Of a DNA stretch of 64,000 bases, positions 1 through 8,600 are shown piece after piece. Source of the stretch: an uncultured Acidobacteriaceae bacterium (GTDB lineage Bacteria > Acidobacteriota > Terriglobia > Terriglobales > Acidobacteriaceae); contig CAVWUF010000002.1 in the NCBI GenBank assembly GCA_963758135.1, forward strand, positions 110,822 to 174,821. Direction: 5' to 3'. A program made the translations under genes and the position numbers. The notes beneath the pieces are model-generated. The model saw only the letters and a list, made by a program, of their open reading frames with translations. It was not told where the DNA came from and did no database searches. Position 1 is the first letter of the stretch. The number at the start of each line of letters is the position of its first letter.

Positions 1-2285
1 AGCCGAAGCTGCTGTTTAATCACCAGGACGTTGGGGAACAGTCATTCGAGGCTATCATCGAAGCTACTTTGCGTTTGGGCAACCTCGGACTGGTTGACCT
101 TTTTGAGCAGGCACAGTTCACCGGCCAGGCAAATCTGCTTTTAGTTGTCGATCAGTTTGAAGAACTGTTCCGTTACAAGCCAACAGGGTCTGGCTTAACT
201 GGTGACGCGCAACAAATAGAGGAATCAGTCGCCTTCGTGAACTTACTGCTGAAGGCGGCCCAATCCGAGTTTCCCATCTACGTTGTACTTACGATGCGCT
301 CCGACTTCATCGGGGATTGCGCGCGTTTTCCCGGTCTGCCTGAGGCCGTAAATGAGGGACAATTCCTCATCCCCCGCCTCACCCGTGAAGAGAGAAGAGC
401 CGCGATTAGTGGCCCCGTCGCGGTCGCCGGCGGAAAAATCAGCCCCGTGCTACTCACCCGCCTCGTCAACGATGTAGGCGACAACCCCGATCAGCTCTCA
501 ATCCTTCAGCACGCTCTGAACCGCACCTGGGCGCAATGGCAGCGCGAGCGCCACGGCAACGAGCCCATTTCTCTTTCGCACTACGAAGCCATCGGCACCA
601 TGGCCCACGCGCTGGACCAGCATGCGGAAATGGCTTTTGCGGAATTAACGGAGCGTCTGCAGCGGATTTGCGAAGTGATCTTTCAGGCCCTCACGGAGAA
701 AGGCAGCGACGCTCGCGGAGTTCGTCGTCCAACCGACTTCGCGACGTTGTGCGCCATTACTGCGGCGGAACCTTTCGAAGTTGGCGCGGTTCTCGATGTC
801 TTTCGCCAACCGGACCGCTCATTCCTGATGCCGCCGGCCGACGAGCCCGTGGGGCCGAAAACGATCATCGACATTTCCCACGAAAGCCTGATGCGCGTTT
901 GGAATCGGCTGAAAGAGTGGGCCGAGCGCGAAGCGGACTCGGCGGCTCAGTATCGCCGCCTGGCTCAAAACGCCATGTTGCACGCCCGCGGATCAGCCGG
1001 GCTGATGACCGACCCCGAGCTTGCGCTGATGCTGGACTGGCAACGGACCTGGCAGCCAACTGCCGCCTGGGCTGAGCGCTATGGCTCTGATTTTTCTCAG
1101 GCAAGTGAGTTTCTGGAACGCAGCCGGAATGAGCGAGACCGCCTGCTCGACGAGCAGGAAACAGCGCGCAGGCGAAAGCTCAGGCAGACCCAGTTGTTGG
1201 CCTTCCTTCTTGCAGTCCTCGCGACCGCCGCTCTCTCGCTTGCCTATGTGGCCTGGAGACAAGAGAGTCGCGCGGATGCCAACTTGAAGGTGGCAAAGCA
1301 AGCCGTCGAAGCGAGCCTCTTGTCTGCGGGAAGTCAGCAAGCCCGTGAAGCCGCCGATCTGCCTGAAATGGAGTTATTTCGGAAAGAGCTGTTAGGCAAA
1401 GCCGAAACCTTCTATGCAAAAATCGCGGAACAAAACGCAGACAACGAGGAACTCCGCTTCGAAACCGCACAAGCACATTCAAGGCTCGGAGATATCAACC
1501 GCCTGATCGAGAAGCCAGAAAAAGCAATACAGGAGTACAACGAAGCGATTGCCAGTTTTGAAAGCCTGGTGAAAAATCATCCCGCCAACAAAACCTATCG
1601 TCAGGCGTTGGCCTATGCTCACAACTGGTCGGGGGAAACCATGCGGATAGCATTGGAGGATAAACGGCCCGCTCCGTTCAGCCGCGCCGATGCCGAAAAA
1701 CAATACGATGAAGCTTTGCGCCTGCAGCAGCAAATCCACGATGAAGCGCCTGCAGATCCAACCTATCAGCAGGAACTGGCCCGCACTTACTACAACCGCG
1801 GCATCCTCCACTTTCAGAGCGAGGACCGGATCAATGCGGAATCCGACTTCCGTCAGGCGATCAGGCTGCTCGAACCCATATCCGGCAAGACCGCTAATAC
1901 ATCGGAGGGAGACACCAATCCGCCACCAGCGCAGGACCTTGCCCGCGTCTGCAACGATCTGGCTTACCTGCTGGGAAGCGAGAGGAGAATGCTGCCGGAG
2001 GCCGTCCAGCTCTCCCAACGCGCCATTGGGATTCACGAAGAGCTTCGCAGCAGGGACCCAGCCAATCGAGAATACAAAATGGAACTGGGGCAGTTTTATC
2101 GCACCATGGCCAACTTGTTGATAGATGAAAACGAAATGCACGAGGCCGAGCAGATAAATCAAAAGTCGCTGGCTATCTTCGATGAGCTGGCCGCGCCGGC
2201 CCCTTCCCTTGCCTCCGAACTCGATGAAGCTCGGAAGCTTCACGAGTTCCTGCTCCTGGAAATGGACTCCGAAAAGAAGCGCTAG
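1..2285 (+). CDS. STAND-type NTPase (nSTAND1-like), 5' end outside window; one TM helix, then a C-terminal TPR array
   Basis: The reading frame is open from nt 3; the track ORF 69..2285 begins at an internal TTG. Motifs seen: Walker-B-like LLLVVDQFEELF, MRSDF, LSILQHALNRTW and ISHESLMRVWNRLKEW, as in nSTAND/NACHT-like ATPases. A hydrophobic helix LLAFLLAVLATAALSLAYVAW follows, then about 330 aa of TPR-like helices. Walker A would lie upstream of the window. Confidence 0.7.
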   Translation, partial: PKLLFNHQDVGEQSFEAIIEATLRLGNLGLVDLFEQAQFTGQANLLLVVDQFEELFRYKPTGSGLTGDAQQIEESVAFVNLLLKAAQSEFPIYVVLTMRSDFIGDCARFPGLPEAVNEGQFLIPRLTREERRAAISGPVAVAGGKISPVLLTRLVNDVGDNPDQLSILQHALNRTWAQWQRERHGNEPISLSHYEAIGTMAHALDQHAEMAFAELTERLQRICEVIFQALTEKGSDARGVRRPTDFATLCAITAAEPFEVGAVLDVFRQPDRSFLMPPADEPVGPKTIIDISHESLMRVWNRLKEWAEREADSAAQYRRLAQNAMLHARGSAGLMTDPELALMLDWQRTWQPTAAWAERYGSDFSQASEFLERSRNERDRLLDEQETARRRKLRQTQLLAFLLAVLATAALSLAYVAWRQESRADANLKVAKQAVEASLLSAGSQQAREAADLPEMELFRKELLGKAETFYAKIAEQNADNEELRFETAQAHSRLGDINRLIEKPEKAIQEYNEAIASFESLVKNHPANKTYRQALAYAHNWSGETMRIALEDKRPAPFSRADAEKQYDEALRLQQQIHDEAPADPTYQQELARTYYNRGILHFQSEDRINAESDFRQAIRLLEPISGKTANTSEGDTNPPPAQDLARVCNDLAYLLGSERRMLPEAVQLSQRAIGIHEELRSRDPANREYKMELGQFYRTMANLLIDENEMHEAEQINQKSLAIFDELAAPAPSLASELDEARKLHEFLLLEMDSEKKR

Positions 2286-2511
2286 CTGAATCTGAATCAC
2301 AGACGGCCAGTCGAGAGTGCGAAACAAAAGCCGCGGCCGTCCCCGGCATCCCGCACTCCCGGCTCCGGATATGTTAGCCTTTGGGGACCGCTCTCAGGAT
2401 GGTGCAATCCGGAGTCTGAAGCCAGCTCGCCGCAGTTCCTTGTGCGCTTGCAGGACGCCGTTCACGGTAGCCTGCGGGTATAAGAGGAGGAAGTTTGCGG
2501 GGTTACAAACG

Positions 2512-3645
2512 ATGAAGAAGCTGATCGTTGCTCTTGTCCTCCTCCTGCCAGTTACTCTGGCAGCACAGCAGACGGACTTCAGCTCGATCAGCAAGCCCGG
2601 GCCTGCCGCGCTGCTGCCCCTGGATCCGTCTTCAGGCGCATATGGATCATCTACCCCCTCCGCTTCTGAAACGGAGTCGAGTGATACGCCGAGTACCCAC
2701 TCAGCGAAGGAGAAAAAGACCAGCAAGCCTTCCCGGCCCCCCTCTGAAGGCAGCATGGTCGGCTATGTCGACGACGCAATCGTCGCCTCCCAGCTTCGGT
2801 TTCGCTTCGACGCCGGCTTTCACGACAATGCTCCCGATCGCGCCGAATTCTTCTATGCGCAGTATTCCGGCCTGAACGGACCCGGGCCGAACTCCGTTGT
2901 AGCGGACCTGAACTTCCAGCAAATTTACCTGCGTGGCGAATACGCTTCCAACCAGCGCGTTTCATTTTTTGCTGAGCTTCCGGTTCGTTGGGTTCAGCCA
3001 CAGCTGATTTTGGCCAACGTGACTCCGGCGTCCACTTTTACAAATCAGGCTGGCTTCAGCGACGTTGCGATTGGATTCAAATTGGCTGCGATTGCTTCGC
3101 CCAGACAATATCTCACTTTCCAGTTTCAGGCCCACCTCCCCTCCGGAAGTGCCTCTTCAGGACTGGGCACGGGTCACGCCACCGTGGAGCCAGCCCTGCT
3201 CTACTTCCGGAAACTTTCCGAAAAAGTAACGCTCGAAGCAGAAACCGGTGACTCCCATCCGATCGCAGGGTCCTCCTGCCGCAATCCCTGCGAGAGCACG
3301 AACCTCACCGGGCCAAAGACTCAGGGATTCGCAGGCGATGTCTTCTTCTACGGCCTGGGTCCGAGCTACGCAGCCTATCGAACCGAACACGTCCGGATCG
3401 CCCCCGTCATCGAGCTGGTCGGCTGGAGGATACTGGGCGGCCTTGAGACTACCTGTGGGCCCGAGGTGGACTGCGCCGACCAGATCGGCGTCAGCGCCGA
3501 CCGCACCAATATCGTGAACCTCAAAGCAGGAGCGCGCGCAATGGTCGGCGATCACAGCTCCTTCTATGCCGGATATGGGCATCAGTTAACCCACGAATTC
3601 TGGTACAAAGAAATCTTCCGCGCCGAATATCGCTACACATTCTGA
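2512..3645 (+). CDS. secreted protein, probable outer-membrane beta-barrel
   Basis: Track ORF 2317..3645. The plausible start is ATG 2512 (MKKLIVALVLLLPVTLAAQQ signal peptide). An S/T/P-rich linker follows, then alternating beta-strand-like sequence ending in aromatic YRYTF, as in OMPs. Family not identified with certainty. Confidence 0.55.
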   Translation: MKKLIVALVLLLPVTLAAQQTDFSSISKPGPAALLPLDPSSGAYGSSTPSASETESSDTPSTHSAKEKKTSKPSRPPSEGSMVGYVDDAIVASQLRFRFDAGFHDNAPDRAEFFYAQYSGLNGPGPNSVVADLNFQQIYLRGEYASNQRVSFFAELPVRWVQPQLILANVTPASTFTNQAGFSDVAIGFKLAAIASPRQYLTFQFQAHLPSGSASSGLGTGHATVEPALLYFRKLSEKVTLEAETGDSHPIAGSSCRNPCESTNLTGPKTQGFAGDVFFYGLGPSYAAYRTEHVRIAPVIELVGWRILGGLETTCGPEVDCADQIGVSADRTNIVNLKAGARAMVGDHSSFYAGYGHQLTHEFWYKEIFRAEYRYTF

Positions 3646-3658
3646 CCGGTGATCTCTC

Positions 3659-3679
3659 GGCTTCAGAAGTCCTGAAGCC
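3659..3679 (+). terminator. weak hairpin after the beta-barrel gene (no U-tract)
   Basis: ggcttcag (3659-3666) pairs with ctgaagcc (3672-3679) around a 5-nt loop, 14 nt after the stop codon. No T-run follows. Confidence 0.25.
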
Positions 3680-4054
3680 CGTAACGTCACGGTCTGCAGA
3701 ACCCCGTCCCCCCTGCGTTTCCGGTGTAATCGAGGCACGCTCGCCCTGGCACCCGCCCAGGGAAGAGCTCTTCTCCTTCGAGGGGTTGTGATTGCACCCA
3801 ACCGTCGTAACGGTATTTGAGTTACTGAAGGGGAATATCCGGGAAAGGGCTTAACGATTTACCTTAATTGAACTTCCCCTTCAGCAGACACGTTGGGACG
3901 TTCCTCAGAGTTGGGCGCAAGGTACACCGGTTACCCCCGGAGTGGGGAAAGGCGGCACAAAAACCGGTGCAGGCGACTATAACAAATGGAAAGCTTTCGA
4001 TTGGATGCCGGGGTTGACGCAGGTTGGCCGAGTCCAGGGTTTGGCGGTCCGGGT

Positions 4055-4082
4055 TTGACAGCCCGTTAGCAAACCCTAGGAT
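4055..4082 (+). promoter_or_regulatory. candidate sigma70-type promoter for the bcs locus
   Basis: TTGACA (4055-4060), 16-nt spacer, TAGGAT (4077-4082). It sits about 80 nt upstream of the bcsQ ATG at 4161. Sequence match only. Confidence 0.3.
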
Positions 4083-4160
4083 GACGCTCCGTTCACAAAA
4101 CACAGAAGCCGGAAGATCGAGGTTCCTGTTGCGCTCCGCAGGTGGTAAGGGGATGATGCG

Positions 4161-5642
4161 ATGAGGCAGGACCAGGACGACGTTGGCGCGGGGAAACCGG
4201 AAGGTGGTGAGCCGGCCGACGATGTCGCGACGCTGTATTCCTGGGCGAATCTGCACGGGGGCAAATACAAGGATTTCAGCGCATCGCGTGAGCAGGCGAG
4301 GGCGCAGATGCGCCAGCGGGCCCTGACGGATCAGGCGAAGGTGGCACGCGAGGAAGCGCAGAAGGGACCACCGCGGGAGAGTCCGCGATGGGACGATCTG
4401 CTGCCCGGGTGGGGCAGGCAGGCGGGGGCGGAGGGGCCGGTTCGCCACGAGATCCCGAGCGAGCAGGAAATCGAAAATCATGCGGCAAGAGAGCGGTCGA
4501 CGGGTACTTTGCCGGCTCCGGCGGAGGCAGGGGCGTCAGCGCGTGGATTGGGCGGGGCTTCGCGCGTTGGGGAAGAGCAGCCGCATGGTCGTGAGAGGGC
4601 CCAGGGGGAGCAGCGCATCGCTCCGGAGAGGCGGGCGGAGCCACCAGAAGCGGCGCCGGTGCGGCCGGCATGGCTGGCGGAGACGCTTCCCCAAGGTACG
4701 GCGCCGATTGCGGCCCCGGTGGGAGCGCCGATTGGGGCGCAGAATCCCGCGCAGCATCAAACGGCGGTTCCGGTTCCTCCGGCACGGGCGAATGAGGCGC
4801 CGCAGCCAGCGCGGGAGCGGGGTACGCCGCGGTGGTATGCGCTGCGCGGAATTTTTGGACGTGACCAGGAAGAAGTTCAGCCGGAGAACGGGGACGCTTT
4901 GGTTCCGGTGCTCACGTTTTTCTCGCTGGCGGGCGGGGTGGGCAAAACCAGCCTGGTGGCGGGCGTGGGCCGCGGTCTGGCGGGACGGGGGGAGCGTGTC
5001 CTGCTGACGGACACGAACTCGTTTGGCATCCTGCCGTTTTATTTTGGAGCGAGGGAAGTGAAGCCGGGAGTATTGCGGACGTTCAGTGGATGGACGAACG
5101 ATCCGCCGATACGGGTGCTGACACTGGAGGCGGGGCGATACGAGGCCGATCCCGATCTGCTGCGGCGGGAGATGACGCGCGGAGCTCGGGATGTGAGCCG
5201 GGTGGTGATCGATATAGGAAACGGGTCAGCGGGGATGCTGCGGCAGGCGATGCGGCTGTCGCCCACAATGGTGGTGCCGTTGGTTCCGGATTTGGCTTCG
5301 GTGGCGACGCTGCCGGCTCTGGAGACGCTTTTTCGCAACCACGACGGAATGAATGGCAAACCCCTGCAGGCGTGGTACCTGCTGAGCCAGTTCGATGTGT
5401 CGAGCGAACTGCACCATGATGTGCGGGAGGTTTTGCGGGAGCAACTGGGAGAACGGCTGCTGCCTTTCGCCGTTCGGCGAAGCGCGGCGGTAAGCGAGGC
5501 GCTGGCGGAGGGGATGACGGTGATCGATTACGCACCGAATTCGCCGGCGGCGGAAGACATGCTGGGCCTGGTCACGTGGATTCGCAGCATAGCGGTTGCG
5601 GCCGGCGGGGGACATCGTGGAGCGCGCTGGAGCGAGCGATGA
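4161..5642 (+). CDS. bcsQ: cellulose biosynthesis protein BcsQ (MinD/ParA-like ATPase) with a ~240-aa low-complexity N-terminal extension
   Basis: The C-terminal ~250 aa starts VLTFFSLAGGVGKTSLVAGVGRGLAGRGERVLLTDTN, a BcsQ/YhjQ-type deviant P-loop. The gene lies immediately upstream of, and ATGA-overlapping (5639-5642), the cellulose synthase gene. Confidence 0.8.
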   Translation: MRQDQDDVGAGKPEGGEPADDVATLYSWANLHGGKYKDFSASREQARAQMRQRALTDQAKVAREEAQKGPPRESPRWDDLLPGWGRQAGAEGPVRHEIPSEQEIENHAARERSTGTLPAPAEAGASARGLGGASRVGEEQPHGRERAQGEQRIAPERRAEPPEAAPVRPAWLAETLPQGTAPIAAPVGAPIGAQNPAQHQTAVPVPPARANEAPQPARERGTPRWYALRGIFGRDQEEVQPENGDALVPVLTFFSLAGGVGKTSLVAGVGRGLAGRGERVLLTDTNSFGILPFYFGAREVKPGVLRTFSGWTNDPPIRVLTLEAGRYEADPDLLRREMTRGARDVSRVVIDIGNGSAGMLRQAMRLSPTMVVPLVPDLASVATLPALETLFRNHDGMNGKPLQAWYLLSQFDVSSELHHDVREVLREQLGERLLPFAVRRSAAVSEALAEGMTVIDYAPNSPAAEDMLGLVTWIRSIAVAAGGGHRGARWSER

Positions 5643-8600
5643 CCCAAGCGGAAATGTGGGATGTCGTTGAGCCGGAGCGAGGGCCGGTTTTTCGGCTGAT
5701 GCGATTGGTTCTGATCGCCTTCGGCATGGTTGCGATGGTGTTCTTTGGGACGCTTGCCTTGTCGTGGCCGCAGCAGGCGGTGCTTGGGCTGCTGATTCTG
5801 CTGATTTGCGTGTGGCTGAGCCGGGTTTCGGATTCTTATCTGATCACGCTGACGCTGATGATGCTGTCGATGTTCGCGACGTTTCGCTACGCGTGGTGGC
5901 GGGTGAGCGCGATTGCGATTTTTCTCCAGGATCCGGGGAGCAAGTGGGACCGGGCGGATGTGTTTTTCATTTTTCTGCTGCTGGGCGCAGAGGTCTATGC
6001 GTTTTCCATTTTGTATCTGGGGTTTCTGCAGACGGTGTGGCCGCTGCGGCGCGCGCCGGTGCCGTTGCCGGACGATGCGGAGGACTGGCCTGAGATCGAT
6101 CTGCTGATTCCGACCTACAACGAGCCGCTGAATGTGGTGCGCTACACGGCTCTCGCTTCGCTGAATATTGACTGGCCAGCGGAGAAGCTGCACGTTTACA
6201 TCCTCGACGACGGGAACCGCGAGGAGTTTCGCGAATTCGCGCTGGAGGCGGGGATCGGCTACATGACGCGGGCCGATAACCTTCATGCGAAGGCCGGGAA
6301 CATCAATCACGCGCTGAAGAGCCTGAGCGCGCCGTACGTGGCGATCTTCGATTCCGACCACGTGCCGACGCGGAGTTTTCTGCAGATGACGGTAGGGTGG
6401 TTTTTAAGGGATCCGCGGCTGGGGATGCTGCAGACGCCGCATCATTTCTATTCGCCCGATCCGTTCGAGCGGAACCTGGGGCAGTTTCGGGTGATTCCGA
6501 ACGAAGGGGAGCTGTTTTACGGGATCGTGCAGGACGGGAACGATTTCTGGAATGCGGCATTCTTTTGCGGTTCGTGCGCGGTGTTGCGGCGCGAGGCGCT
6601 GGACGAGATCGGGGGAATTGCAGCAGAGACGGTTACAGAAGACGCGCACACCTGCCTGCGCATGCAGATTCGCGGGTGGAATACGGCGTACATCAATATT
6701 CCGCAGGCTGCGGGACTGGCGACGGAGCGGCTGTCGGCGCATGTGAAGCAGCGCATCCGGTGGGCGCGGGGGATGGTTCAGATTCTGCGGATCGAGAATC
6801 CTTTATTTGCGCCGAATCTGACGCTGGCGCAGCGGCTTTGCTATTTCAACGCGATGACGCACTTTCTGTACGCGCTGCCGCGGCTGATTTTTCTCACTGC
6901 GCCGCTCATTTATCTGATTTTCGGATTCACGAATGTGCCGGGGTACTGGATTGCGATTCTGGCTTATGCTTTGCCGCACCTGACGCTGTCGAGCGTTACG
7001 AACAGCAGGATTCAGGGCTACCATCGGCACTCGTTCTGGAACGAGATTTATGAGACGGTGCTTTCGCCGTATATTTTGCTGCCCACGCTGACGGCGCTTC
7101 TTAATCCGAAGCTGGGGAAGTTCAACGTAACGGCGAAGGGCGGTCTTGTAACGCAGACCTTCTTCGACGCGCGCATTGCGCGGCCGTTTATTGTGCTGCT
7201 GGCTTTCAACGTGCTGGGGTTGCTGATGGTGATCCCGCGCTTCGTGCATTTTCCCGGGCTGCTGGGTCCTCTGTGGGACGGAACGCATCCGGGGACGATT
7301 CTGACGAATGCGCTGTGGACTTGCTTCAACATTGTGATTCTGAGCGTGTGCGTGGCTGTGGCGCGGGAGGCGCGGCAGACGCGGCAGCATGTGCGCATCA
7401 ACTTTGCGGCACCGGTGCGGGTGCGGGTGCGGGAGGGGAGGATCGTTCCTGGGCAGACCATCGACGTATCGAGCGGCGGACTATCGATGGAGTTGCTGGA
7501 GGAGTTGCCGGCGATCCCTGGGGAAGCGCTCAAGGCGATTTTCCCGCTGCGCACCGGCGACGCGGAGCTGCCGGCCAGTGTGGTGAGCCTGACGAACGGA
7601 GTGCTGCGGCTGCAGTTCGATCCGCTGACGGTGGCCGAAGAAGAGCTGCTGACGATGGTGCTGTTTTCGCGAGCGGACTCGTGGCTGGGGTGGGGCGAGG
7701 CGCGCGAAGTGGATCAGCCGCTGCGGAGTCTGGGCCGGATTATTCAGATTGCGTTTCGCGGACTGGGGATGGCGATCGGGTCGATGAGACCTGGACGGAG
7801 TGACGGACGCAGAAGGAAGCCCTTGCCAGCGCAGAGCATGATGCTGCTTCTTGTGGTGGGCCTGGCTGCGTGGGGCACGGTGGCGAGGGCACAGAGCAAT
7901 GACGCGGGAGCGGCGGCGCAAACGCAGACGGGCGCGGCAGGCGGGGCTGCCGGGACGGGCGCAGCAGGCGGAGCGAAGAAAGAGGTCGATGACGCCGAGG
8001 GCGAGCCAGCGACGCAGGAAGGGGCACTGGCGGCCGGGACACAGAGCGCGGCGGGCGGCAACGCCGGCACTGCGAAGCCCGTGGCGGGCACTTTCAGCAC
8101 GGAGGAGAATCTTTTCGATCTGGGAGTGCCGGGGCCCATCAACCTGCGCGGGACGGACTCGTTCAACACGACGTATTTTGCGATTCCGCAGAACGAGGTG
8201 GTGAAGCAGGCGTCGATGCACGTTTACTATCACGTTTCTCCGAGCCTGATTCCGTCGCTGAGCCACATCAAAGTGATGCTGAACGGGACGTTGTTCGCAA
8301 CGTTGCCGGTTCCGGAGACACCGACCAATGGCGCGACGATCGAGCGGGATGTGGTGGTTCCGGCAGAGCTGCTGGTGCGGAACAATCAGCTGACCTTTGA
8401 GTTTATCGGGCACTACACGCAGACGTGCGAGGACCCTGAGAACTCCACGTTGTGGGCGCACGTGGATCCGAACACGCGGATCATGATTGCGGGGGATTTT
8501 CTCCCGCTGATCGACGACCTGAGGCTGTTGCCGCTGCCTTTTTTCGATGCGAAGCTGGCGCGGCCGGCGGTGATCCCTGTGGTGTTTGGAGCGGCGCCTT

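Noticed and set aside
2317-2511. Upstream extension of the beta-barrel-like protein ORF (track start 2317).
   Set aside because: The extension is R/P/C-rich and lacks signal-peptide character. ATG 2512 gives a canonical signal peptide.
3864-4481. 205-aa minus-strand ORF spanning the bcs upstream region and the bcsQ 5' end.
   Set aside because: It has an R/P/L-rich composition, overlaps the bcsQ coding region antisense, and has no recognisable motif.
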